Origin: Thainema sp.
GTDB taxonomy: Bacteria; Cyanobacteriota; Cyanobacteriia; Phormidesmidales; Phormidesmidaceae
Length of the DNA: 64,000 nucleotides
Reading direction: 5' to 3'
NCBI GenBank assembly: GCA_052168235.1
Contig: JBQLZK010000025.1
Coordinates: 25,594-89,593, forward strand
A program made the position numbers and the translations under genes. Shown here in pieces: positions 45,308 to 54,618 of the stretch. The stretch's first letter is position 1; each line of letters starts with the position of its first letter. A model generated the notes under the pieces. The model saw only the letters and a list, made by a program, of their open reading frames with translations. It had not been told where the DNA came from and searched no databases.

Positions 45308-48300
45308 TTACAGACGACCATAGCCACCACCACCGGGGGTTTCGATGACGAAGCGATCGCCGGGTTGCATATTTACCTCCGCGCAGGCATTAAGCGGTTC
45401 CACTGTGCCGTCTTGGCGCTGCACCCAGTTTTTGCCGGGCTGGCCGGACTCCGCGCCTTTGAGGCCAAAGGGCGGTACCTGGCGATGACTCGATAGGATC
45501 GCCGCCGTCATGGGTTCGCGAAACTGGATGCGCCGCACGACGCCGTGGCCGCCGCGATGGATACCGTCTCCACCGCTATGCTGCCGAATGGTGAAGGTAT
45601 CCACCAGGACGGGGAAGCGCCACTCCAGCACTTCGGGGTCAGTGAGGCGAGAGTTAGTCATGTGGGTTTGCACCGCGTCCGCTCCGTCAAACTCGGATCC
45701 TGCCCCTGCACCGCCGCAGATGGTTTCGTAGTACTGGTAGTGGGCGTTGCCAAAGGTAAAGTTGTTCATTGTGCCTTGGGATGCGGCCATCACGACCAGG
45801 GCTCCATAGAGGGCATTGGCGATCGCTTGTGACGTTTCCACGTTGCCTGCCACCACCGCTGCCGGATAGCGAGGATTGAGCATACAGCCCTCGGGAATCG
45901 TGATCGTGATCGGGGTGAGACAGCCCGCATTCAGGGGGATTTCGTCGTCCACTAGGGTGCGAAAGACGTAGAGCACGACGGCTTTACCGATCGCCAGCGG
46001 CGCGTTGAGATTACCGGGATGCTGAGCCGAGGTGCCCGTGAAATCAATGTGGGCCGTGCGGTCTGCGGCATTGATCGTGACCTGCACCTGAATTTGGCTG
46101 CCGTCGTCCATCGGGTAGGAGAACTGGCCGTTGCTGAGCCGCCCAATCACCCGCTGCACCGAGGCGGTGGCATTTTCCTGGACGCGGTGCATGTAGGCTT
46201 GCACGACATCCAGGCCGTAGTGAGCGGCAATGCGGCGCAGTTCCTGACTTCCCCGCTCGTTGGCGGCAATTTGGGCCTGCAAGTCCGCGATATTCTGCTC
46301 GGGATTGCGGACGGGGTAGGGGCCATCCGTCAGCTTAGCCCGCAGCTCGGCCTCCAGAAACTGCCCCTGATCGACCAGTTGCAGGTTGTCGAGCAGCACA
46401 CCTTCCTGATCGATGGTGGTGCTGTTGGGCGGCATGGAGCCGGGGGTGATGCCGCCGATGTCGGCATGGTGTCCCCGCGAGGCCACGTAGAACAGCGGGC
46501 GATCGCCCTCAATAAAGACGGGCGTAATCGCGGTGATATCGGGCAGGTGGGTGCCGCCGTTATAGGGATTGTTGGACACATAGACATCCCCCGGTTTGAG
46601 CGTGTTGCCCCGCGCCGCAATCAGACTGTGGACGCTCTCGCTCATAGAGCCCAGGTGAACGGGAATGTGGGGCGCATTGGCGACCAGCCGACCCGCCGCG
46701 TCGAACAAGGCACAGGAGAAGTCGAGCCGCTCCTTGATGTTCACCGAATGACTGGTGTTTTGCAGGGTAATCCCCATTTCCTCGGCGATGGACTGGAACA
46801 GGTTGTTGAAGATCTCCAGCAGCACGGGATCGGGGGAATTTTGGATTGGGGATTGGGGATTGGGGATTGGGGATTGAGGAGACTGGGCGGGCGAATCGAT
46901 ACTGCCTTCTGCCTTCTGCCTTCTGCCTTCTGCTTGCTTGACGATCAGGTGATTGCGCTCGGTGAGGTGGGCGATCCAGCCGGGTTCGATGATGTTGGTG
47001 CCCGTGGCTTCCACAATCAGGGCGGGGCCGGGGATGGTATCGTCTGCACCTAGGGCTTCCCGCTGATATACGGGGGCAGGGTGCCACTGGTCGCGGCTGT
47101 AGAAGGAAACGGTGGCGGCAGGTTCCAGGGGCGTGATGCGGGTGGCCAGCCGGGGTTCTGCCAGCGAGGGAGTTTGGCCGATTACCTCCACCGAGAGAGA
47201 TTCGACGATCAGCGCCTTGTCGGGACGGGTGAAGCCGTAGCGCTGCTGGTGCTGCTGCTGAAAGTGCGATCGCATTTCCTCCAACTCGCCAAAGGGTACC
47301 AGTAGAGCGGAATCCGTACCCGCATAGCGCAGATGCACCTTGGGCACGACCTTCAGCGCTGCTGCCTCAATGCCTTGCTGGCGCACTTCGTCGCTGCCTG
47401 CCACTTCTAGATCGGCCAGGGTTTGCTGAAGCTGGGGCAGCAGCGCGGCGGTCAGTTCCTCCTCCACGGCCCGTTCCTTCAGGCTGCGAATGTCTGCCAG
47501 ACCAATGCCGTAGGCTGACAGCACCCCCGCGTAGGGATGTAGAAAAATCTGCGTCATGCCCAGAGCTTCCGCAATCAGGCAGGCGTGCTGGCCACCCGCG
47601 CCGCCAAAGCAGCAGAGGGTGTACTCGGTCACGTCGTAGCCCCGCTGAACCGAGATCTTTTTGATGGCGCTGGCCATTTTGTCAATTGCGATCGCCAGAT
47701 ATCCCGCGGCCACTTGCTCTGGCGTGCGGCGATCGCCGGTCTGCTCTGCGATCGCGGCGGCCTGGTCAGCGAACCCTTGCTGCACCACCTCGACATCTAG
47801 CGGCTGATTGCCCGCTGGCCCGAACACCTGGGGAAAAAAGTCCGGCTGAAGCTTGCCCAGCATCACATTGCAGTCTGTCACGGTCAGCGGTCCGCCCTGG
47901 CGATAGCAGGCTGGCCCCGGATCAGCCCCGCCCGACTCTGGCCCCACCCGATAGCGCGACCCGTCAAAGCTCAGCACCGAGCCACCCCCCGCCGCCACCG
48001 TGTGAATCGACAGCATCGGGGCCCGCAGCCGCACCCCCGCCACCTCTGTTTCAAAGGTGCGCTCATACTCGCCGTTGTAGTGCGACACATCGGTGGAGGT
48101 GCCGCCCATGTCAAAGCCAATAATTTTGTCGAACCCCGCCCGCAGACTGGTTTTCACTGCGCCGACAATGCCCCCCGCTGGCCCCGACAGAATGCTGTCC
48201 TTGCCCTGAAACAGCCGCGCATCCGTCAGCCCCCCGTCCGACTTCATAAACTCCAGCTTTGGCCCCGCATCACTCGGATCAAGGGGCTGGAGAGCGGCAT

Positions 48301-49042
48301 CGACCTGATCCACATAGCGGCGCAGAATGGGCGACAGGTAAGCATCCAAAACCGTTGTATCGCCCCGGCTGACGAATTTCATCAGTGGGCTAACTTCGTG
48401 AGAAACCGAAACTTGAGTGAAGCCGATTCGTCGCGCGATCGCAGCGATCTGCTGCTCGTGCTCCGGATAGCGATAGCCGTGCAGGAACACGATTGCACAG
48501 GCCCGAATACCATCGTCATAAGCCGTCTGAAGATCCTGGGTGACCCGCGCCAGTACGGCATCCGTGAGCGGCACCAGTATTTCGCCTTCGGCAGAATAGC
48601 GCTCGTCCACCTCTACCACCCGCTCGTAGAGCATTTCCGGCAGCTCGATATGGCGAGCAAAAATTTTAGGCCGGTTCTGGTAGCCAATCCGCAGGGCATC
48701 ACGAAAGCCCAGGGTGGTGATAAAGAGAGTGCGATCGCCCTTGCGCTCCAGCAGCGCATTCGTCGCCACTGTCGTGCCCATCTTCACCACTTCAATTTCG
48801 CCCGCTGGAATCGGTTCTTGCGGTGACAGTCCCAAAATGTCACGAATGCCTTGAATTACCGCGTCTTCATAGCGCTCTGGCTGCTCTGATAGCAGCTTGT
48901 AGATAATCACCCACTGCTGCTCCGGCAGCGCCATTACCTGAAAGCGACTCTGCTGCGACAGCCGTTTCGCCACAGCGGGATCGTCAGTAACAGCAACGAG
49001 ATCCGTAAAGGTACCGCCGCGATCGGCAAAGACTTTGAGCAT
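45308..49042 (-). CDS. ATP-dependent 5-oxoprolinase (fused hydantoinase A+B)
   Basis: DRGGTFTD, MGTTVATNALLERKG, SGPAGG, DMGGTSTD, NIKERLDFSCA, HIPVHLGSM, ETPGGGGYG. Confidence 0.95.
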   Translation of the reverse strand: MLKVFADRGGTFTDLVAVTDDPAVAKRLSQQSRFQVMALPEQQWVIIYKLLSEQPERYEDAVIQGIRDILGLSPQEPIPAGEIEVVKMGTTVATNALLERKGDRTLFITTLGFRDALRIGYQNRPKIFARHIELPEMLYERVVEVDERYSAEGEILVPLTDAVLARVTQDLQTAYDDGIRACAIVFLHGYRYPEHEQQIAAIARRIGFTQVSVSHEVSPLMKFVSRGDTTVLDAYLSPILRRYVDQVDAALQPLDPSDAGPKLEFMKSDGGLTDARLFQGKDSILSGPAGGIVGAVKTSLRAGFDKIIGFDMGGTSTDVSHYNGEYERTFETEVAGVRLRAPMLSIHTVAAGGGSVLSFDGSRYRVGPESGGADPGPACYRQGGPLTVTDCNVMLGKLQPDFFPQVFGPAGNQPLDVEVVQQGFADQAAAIAEQTGDRRTPEQVAAGYLAIAIDKMASAIKKISVQRGYDVTEYTLCCFGGAGGQHACLIAEALGMTQIFLHPYAGVLSAYGIGLADIRSLKERAVEEELTAALLPQLQQTLADLEVAGSDEVRQQGIEAAALKVVPKVHLRYAGTDSALLVPFGELEEMRSHFQQQHQQRYGFTRPDKALIVESLSVEVIGQTPSLAEPRLATRITPLEPAATVSFYSRDQWHPAPVYQREALGADDTIPGPALIVEATGTNIIEPGWIAHLTERNHLIVKQAEGRRQKAEGSIDSPAQSPQSPIPNPQSPIQNSPDPVLLEIFNNLFQSIAEEMGITLQNTSHSVNIKERLDFSCALFDAAGRLVANAPHIPVHLGSMSESVHSLIAARGNTLKPGDVYVSNNPYNGGTHLPDITAITPVFIEGDRPLFYVASRGHHADIGGITPGSMPPNSTTIDQEGVLLDNLQLVDQGQFLEAELRAKLTDGPYPVRNPEQNIADLQAQIAANERGSQELRRIAAHYGLDVVQAYMHRVQENATASVQRVIGRLSNGQFSYPMDDGSQIQVQVTINAADRTAHIDFTGTSAQHPGNLNAPLAIGKAVVLYVFRTLVDDEIPLNAGCLTPITITIPEGCMLNPRYPAAVVAGNVETSQAIANALYGALVVMAASQGTMNNFTFGNAHYQYYETICGGAGAGSEFDGADAVQTHMTNSRLTDPEVLEWRFPVLVDTFTIRQHSGGDGIHRGGHGVVRRIQFREPMTAAILSSHRQVPPFGLKGAESGQPGKNWVQRQDGTVEPLNACAEVNMQPGDRFVIETPGGGGYGRL
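46843..46933. repeat. Two heptamer STRR-type arrays inside the coding linker
   Basis: (GGATTGG)x~5 at 46843-46876 and (CTGCCTT)x4 plus partial at 46902-46933. Confidence 0.9.
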
Positions 49043-49097
49043 GGTTATCTTTCCTTAATGAGGTGCTTGATGAAGGGGCATAGTTCTGGATGACTAG

Positions 49098-51101
49098 TCA
49101 TAGATGATCAGCCACATCCCAGATCCAGCGCTGCTGGGCGGCATCAGGCTTGACGGTGACGATCTCAGTCGGGGGATTAATGCGATCGCAACTATCTGCA
49201 AACTCAATTGCGCCTGTGACTCCCTGGAGCGGCTTTTTCTGGACTCGAAAATAGTGATTAAGCTGCTGTAGCAGAGTTACGCTATCGGGACAGGGCCAGC
49301 GTGCCAGCACCGTCTTGAGCATGAGCAGAGCATCGTAAGCCAGGGCACTGCGCCAGGTGAGCAGGTTAGTGCCCCAGAGAGCTTGTCCCAATTGGCAAAA
49401 CGGCTGACTGCTGGCGGTGGCGCGATCGCTGTTGGTATGCCAGGGAACGCAGGCGACAATTGCTGGCTGACTGGCAGCGGTAGCGGGGCGAGCCCGTTCG
49501 TACATCCAGTGCAGCACGTTGTCCTGATAAAAGGTAGCTGACCCCGCAATCAGGCCAGTTTTGAAATTGAGCCGACTGATCAGGCCAGCGTTATTGAGTG
49601 AATTTGGCTCCAGTCCACCATCTGGAATCACCAGCAAAATATCGGCAGCTTGAGCTTCTATTTCCTGTAAATAGCGATGAATCTGGTCAGGCTGATCACT
49701 AATGCGATCGCAGCCGGCCAGCAGCGTAAACTGATCGGGATGATCGATAATGTAAGCCTTCACCACCGCTTGATAGGACAGGCAGTACTGACTGTTGCGG
49801 TTGTAGATTAGTGCAATTCGTTGGGGCGCTTTGCAGGATTCTGCGGCTCCTCTGGCAGCCAGATACGTCATCAGCGCAGTGGCGTTATGGCGATCCGGCG
49901 TCGTCAGTCGGAAAAAGGAGGGCTGGAGTCCGTCCGACAGCGCAGAGAGGACATCAGAAGTACTGCTGGCATTCATGAGCGGCAGTCCTGCTTGGGCATA
50001 AAACGGCAGCGCTTTCTCGGTCATCTCGCTGGAATAGTGGCCAATAACCGCCATCAGGTTGAGTTCCGAGGTCAGTGCGGCCAGTCGTTCCGCTGTCGGA
50101 TTGTCAGCATCATAGACATGATTGGGATCGTTCACCACCATGATGTTCAGCGCCAGCGGTTGCTCCAATCCCACGGTTTCGCTGCGCTCCATTGGCGGCA
50201 ACTTAGCCAGATCAAGTTCGCGATCGCAGTGGAGAAGCTGCAACCAGCGCCAGTTCGTCTGCCATTGCAGTTGCGCCACTCCCCGCAGCACTTCTGCCGC
50301 CACCTGTCCCTGATTGTGATGAAAGGGGACTACCACCGCAATCAAGGCGTTTTGGATGTCGCGATGTTGGATGCGATCGCGATAGAGTTCCACCAGACAG
50401 TTGTTGAGATAGATCAGAATTTCGGGATTGCCCCGGCCAAAGGTTGTCTGCTCCTGTCGCCAGGCTGCCGCAAAGGCGTGCAGCGCCTGGTAATACAGCC
50501 CTCGCTGATAAAATCGCGCCCCCTCGCGTTGGGCCTGAGCAATCGCCCGATCCGGCGGTGGCAAAAACACCTGCCGCCCCAGGCTACCCTGAAAGTTGTC
50601 GCTATTGAGCTGCAAGGGTGGATGCAGACGGTACCCCTGCTGTGGATGGTAAAGAAAGTTGAGAATTCTTACCCAGTTGCCGCTGATCGTTTCCCGTGGA
50701 ACCTGCATCAACGCCGCTAACTCTGGATAAATCTTGCCGCTGAGTCGATCGCGAATCTGCCGATCGGCGCTTTCAACCTGTTCTCTCAGGCGCTGATCCG
50801 CTAGAGAAAGCTGCGATCGCACCTCTGCTTTGGTCAGTTTTCGAGCAGCAGCCTGTTGGATCTGTTCCTCAGCCTGCTTAATCCGTTCCAGATCCGCCTG
50901 CAGGTCAGCCTCAGTACACTGGCATCGCTGGGCCGCCCACTGCACCGCGATATCTTGACGAGACTGCCCGATCAACAACTGACAAACAATGTTGCGATCG
51001 CTCTCTTCAAGCGGTAGGTTTTGCCACAGGCGCGCCCAATTAATTTCCAGTGCCTCAACAGCGGGTCGAAAATCCGTCGCCATTACGCTTCTCTCGCTCA
51101 C
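49098..51101 (-). CDS. HTH-like N-terminus + TPR-like helix + LivK-like type-1 ligand-binding domain protein
   Basis: NPEILIYLNN, IAVVVP, EVLRGVAQ.Q, AVIGHYSS, SSTS..LS, FFRLT, TWRSALAYDA, GVTGAIEF; no signal peptide or TM seen. Confidence 0.75.
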   Translation of the reverse strand: MSERSVMATDFRPAVEALEINWARLWQNLPLEESDRNIVCQLLIGQSRQDIAVQWAAQRCQCTEADLQADLERIKQAEEQIQQAAARKLTKAEVRSQLSLADQRLREQVESADRQIRDRLSGKIYPELAALMQVPRETISGNWVRILNFLYHPQQGYRLHPPLQLNSDNFQGSLGRQVFLPPPDRAIAQAQREGARFYQRGLYYQALHAFAAAWRQEQTTFGRGNPEILIYLNNCLVELYRDRIQHRDIQNALIAVVVPFHHNQGQVAAEVLRGVAQLQWQTNWRWLQLLHCDRELDLAKLPPMERSETVGLEQPLALNIMVVNDPNHVYDADNPTAERLAALTSELNLMAVIGHYSSEMTEKALPFYAQAGLPLMNASSTSDVLSALSDGLQPSFFRLTTPDRHNATALMTYLAARGAAESCKAPQRIALIYNRNSQYCLSYQAVVKAYIIDHPDQFTLLAGCDRISDQPDQIHRYLQEIEAQAADILLVIPDGGLEPNSLNNAGLISRLNFKTGLIAGSATFYQDNVLHWMYERARPATAASQPAIVACVPWHTNSDRATASSQPFCQLGQALWGTNLLTWRSALAYDALLMLKTVLARWPCPDSVTLLQQLNHYFRVQKKPLQGVTGAIEFADSCDRINPPTEIVTVKPDAAQQRWIWDVADHL

Positions 51102-51553
51102 TGTCCAAAATCATACCGATAGGGATAAGTCAGCGGCGACAACAACTGTTGCTGATTATGGCAACACCTGTCGAAGCTCTGTCTGGCAGTTCTCACAGCC
51201 GGATTACCCGTAACAGCGATCGAATGGGTAACGGTTAGCTCCTGCATTCTTTTCTATCTGTAGCCAGCTAAGTTAGGACACGGACGTTGTGGTGCGCAGC
51301 ATTGCCATGCCATACAACGTCCTAACCCATATGGTTATCGCTATCGCAAAAATTAGATAATGGTCAAGGAAAAGGAACAGACTCTATCGAAGCAATATGT
51401 ATCTTCTATTACCCTGAGATCTGCCCTCTGCTAGCATCGAGTTTAGAGACATGGTGAAAGAATCGTTCAGCCGTTGATTTTGCGTGGAGAAAGCCCGCGC
51501 CGACTCAACCGCTAATTCCCCCTCAAAGATGCAAGCATGTGCTGGAGGTTGTG

Positions 51554-54286
51554 ATGCTAGTTGAGTCGCGATCGCGGTCTTATCATGAAGACTCTATTCA
51601 TGACATCGCCACACAGCTCAAGACCAACCTGAATTCGGGGCTGACCGCCGAAGAAGTTGCGAATCGATACGAAACCTACGGTCGGAATGAGTTGCCTGTA
51701 AAACCTGGAAAGCCTGCCTGGCTGAGGTTTCTGCTGCAGTTCAACCAGCCGCTGCTCTACATCCTGCTGCTGGCGGGGGCGGTGAAAGCGTTTCTCGGCT
51801 CCTGGACCAATGCGGCAGTGATTTGGGGCGTGACGGTGATCAACGCCATCATCGGCTATGTGCAGGAAGCCAAGGCCGAAGGTGCGATCGCATCTCTGGC
51901 CAAAGCCGTTGCTACCGAAACCACCGTCCTTAGGGGCGGGCAGATGCTGCGGGTGCAGTCCCAAGATTTGGTACCGGGGGACCTCGTGCTGCTGTCGTCG
52001 GGGGATAAGGTGCCAGCCGACCTCCGCCTAGTGAAGTCGCGGAATCTTCAGGTGGATGAATCGGCTCTGACCGGAGAATCTGTTCCCGTCGAGAAATCCA
52101 TTGAACCGCTGCCCGCCGATACGCCACTGGCGGAGCGCACCAATATGGCCTATGCGGGCAGCTTTGCCACCTTTGGCCAGGGTACGGGCCTGGTAGTAGC
52201 GACCGCTGGCGCTACCGAAGTGGGACAGATTTCCCGTTCCATGGAGCAGCGGGTCAACCTGACGACTCCCCTGACCCGCAAGTTTGCCGCCTTTAGCCGC
52301 ACCCTGCTCTACTGCATTCTGACCTTGGCCACCCTCACTTTTGCCATCGGTCTGGGCCAAGGCGAGTCCTGGGAATACATGTTTGAAGCGGCGGTAGCCC
52401 TGGCGGTGAGTGCCATCCCTGAAGGATTGCCTGCCGTAGTGACAATTACGCTGGCGATCGGGGTCAACCGCATGGCTCGCCGCAACGCCATCATCCGCAA
52501 GCTGCCCGCTGTGGAAGCTCTGGGCAGCGCTACCGTGATCTGTTCCGACAAAACGGGCACTCTCACCGAAAACCAGATGACGGTGCAGGCCATTTACGCC
52601 GGAGAACAGACTTATCAAGTCAGCGGCAGCGGCTACAGCCCCAAGGGCGACATCGGTTTGGGGGCGGTTGACACCGCCGAGAATTGCTTTTTGGCCGATC
52701 GCTTACCGGACGCCCTGCGGGAATGTCTGGTCGCAGGGGTGCTCTGCAACGATAGCCAGCTCAAGCAAACGGGAGACTACTGGACGGTGGTCGGCGACCC
52801 GACGGAAGGGGCCTTGATTGCAGCAGCGGCAAAAGCAGACCTGAACCAGTCGGGCATGACCAGTTTAATGCCCCGACTTGATTCCATTCCCTTTGAGTCG
52901 GAATATCAGTACATGGCGACCCTGCACGATGCTCTCCCTCGCGTCGTCTACGTCAAAGGCTCTGTGGAGGCACTGCTGCAACGCTGCTCCAACACCATGA
53001 CCGAGTCAGGCCAGTTAATACCGTTGGATCAATCCACCATCGAGCAGGCGGTTACCGCCATGACCGCCAATGGTCTGCGGGTGCTAGCCTTTGCCCGCAA
53101 AACGGTTGGCGATCGCCACCACGCCATCGACCACGACGATATTCAGTCGGGCCTGGTCTTTCTGGGATTACAGGGCATGATTGACCCGCCTCGTCCAGAA
53201 GCGATCGCAGCCGTCCACGCCTGCCAGTCGGCGGGCATTTGGGTGAAGATGATTACGGGTGACCACATTGCGACCGCTCAGGCGATTGCTTACCGCATGG
53301 GCATCCAGCAATCTAATCAGGTGATTGCCTTTGAGGGCAAGCAACTGGCGGCGATGGACGATGCCCAACTGGCTCAGGCCGTCACTGATGGGGATGTCTT
53401 CGCTAGAGTCGCCCCCGCCCAAAAGCTGCGGCTGGTGGAAACACTCCAGCTCAAGGGCAACATCGTGGCGATGACGGGGGATGGCGTCAACGATGCCCCC
53501 GCGCTGAAGCAGGCCGATATCGGTATCGCGATGGGCAAAAACGGCACCGAAGTGGCGCGGGAAGCCGCTGATATGCTGCTCACTGACGACAACTTTGCCT
53601 CCATCGAAGCGGCGGTGGAAGAAGGGCGCACCGTTTACCAAAACTTGCGGAAAGCGATCGCATTTCTGCTGCCCGTCAACGGCGGCGAATCCATGACCAT
53701 TCTGATCAGCGCTTTGCTGGCCAGAGATTTGCCGATCCTCTCCCTCCAGGTGCTGTGGCTAAATATGATCAATTCCCTCACCATGACCGTGCCGCTGGCC
53801 TTTGAGCCCAAGTCGGGCGGCTTGATGCAGCAACCGCCTCGACCCCCTGGTGAATCGCTGCTCACCGGACGGCTCCTGCGCCGAATTCTGGCGGTTTCCT
53901 TGTTTAACTGGATATTGATTTTCGGCATGTTTGAATGGGCCAAGGCGACCACTGGGGATATTGCCGTTGCCCGCACTATGGCTATTCAAGCCCTGGTGGC
54001 GGCCCGCATCATTTACCTGCTCAGCATCAGTCAGTTAGGTGTTAGTATCCTTCATTTCTTAAGTCGTCGGACAGCATCTATCCCTAACGTCCCCATCCTG
54101 ATTAGCGGCATTCTTGGAGCGGTGGTCTTGCAGGTGATATTCAGTCAATGGGGGGTGATGAACACGCTGTTTGAAACGGCACCCCTGACCTGGAATCAGG
54201 GGTTAATTTGTTTGCTGCCAATGCTCCCCATGGTGCCGTTTGCAGTGCTCGTCAATCGAATTGATCCACGGAATGCGAAAAAATGA
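51554..54286 (+). CDS. P-type IIA cation-transporting ATPase (PacL/Ca2+-type)
   Basis: TGES, AIPEGL, DKTGT, GDPTE, MITGD, TGDGVNDAP. Confidence 0.95.
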   Translation: MLVESRSRSYHEDSIHDIATQLKTNLNSGLTAEEVANRYETYGRNELPVKPGKPAWLRFLLQFNQPLLYILLLAGAVKAFLGSWTNAAVIWGVTVINAIIGYVQEAKAEGAIASLAKAVATETTVLRGGQMLRVQSQDLVPGDLVLLSSGDKVPADLRLVKSRNLQVDESALTGESVPVEKSIEPLPADTPLAERTNMAYAGSFATFGQGTGLVVATAGATEVGQISRSMEQRVNLTTPLTRKFAAFSRTLLYCILTLATLTFAIGLGQGESWEYMFEAAVALAVSAIPEGLPAVVTITLAIGVNRMARRNAIIRKLPAVEALGSATVICSDKTGTLTENQMTVQAIYAGEQTYQVSGSGYSPKGDIGLGAVDTAENCFLADRLPDALRECLVAGVLCNDSQLKQTGDYWTVVGDPTEGALIAAAAKADLNQSGMTSLMPRLDSIPFESEYQYMATLHDALPRVVYVKGSVEALLQRCSNTMTESGQLIPLDQSTIEQAVTAMTANGLRVLAFARKTVGDRHHAIDHDDIQSGLVFLGLQGMIDPPRPEAIAAVHACQSAGIWVKMITGDHIATAQAIAYRMGIQQSNQVIAFEGKQLAAMDDAQLAQAVTDGDVFARVAPAQKLRLVETLQLKGNIVAMTGDGVNDAPALKQADIGIAMGKNGTEVAREAADMLLTDDNFASIEAAVEEGRTVYQNLRKAIAFLLPVNGGESMTILISALLARDLPILSLQVLWLNMINSLTMTVPLAFEPKSGGLMQQPPRPPGESLLTGRLLRRILAVSLFNWILIFGMFEWAKATTGDIAVARTMAIQALVAARIIYLLSISQLGVSILHFLSRRTASIPNVPILISGILGAVVLQVIFSQWGVMNTLFETAPLTWNQGLICLLPMLPMVPFAVLVNRIDPRNAKK

Positions 54287-54603
54287 TCAAACATATTCTC
54301 GTTGCACTTGATTACGGCGATACCTGTCAGGGTGTCTTTAATCGGGTCGTAGAGTTGGCCCAACCCCTGCAGGCTAATCTCAATCTACTGAGTGTTTTAA
54401 TACCTGAACGAGACAGCAGCCTGACCCAGCCTCTAGCAAAAAACTGGGGCGCGGATTTGATTATGATGGGTAGTCATGGGCGCAAGGGCTTGAATGAAAT
54501 GCTGCTAGGCAGCGCCAGCAACTACGTCGTACATCACGCGACCTGCTCTGTTATGGTAGTGCATGAGCCAGATGAGGCAATGCGAAAATATAAGGAAAAC
54601 TAA
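54283..54603 (+). CDS. Universal stress protein, apparently internally deleted
   Basis: ILVALD N-terminus and DLIMMGSHGRKGL..LLGS.SNYV C-terminus joined with the central part missing; ATGA overlap with the ATPase. Confidence 0.7.
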   Translation: MIKHILVALDYGDTCQGVFNRVVELAQPLQANLNLLSVLIPERDSSLTQPLAKNWGADLIMMGSHGRKGLNEMLLGSASNYVVHHATCSVMVVHEPDEAMRKYKEN

Positions 54604-54618
54604 CAGGGAGGGTAGAGT

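Noticed and set aside
46019..50720. Long plus-strand ORFs 46019-47053, 48002-48826 and 49821-50720
   Set aside because: Antisense shadows of well-supported GC-rich minus-strand genes, with no motifs
51255..51345. MITE with TTAGGAC...GTCCTAA arms
   Set aside because: Too degenerate and single-copy in this window to support a call
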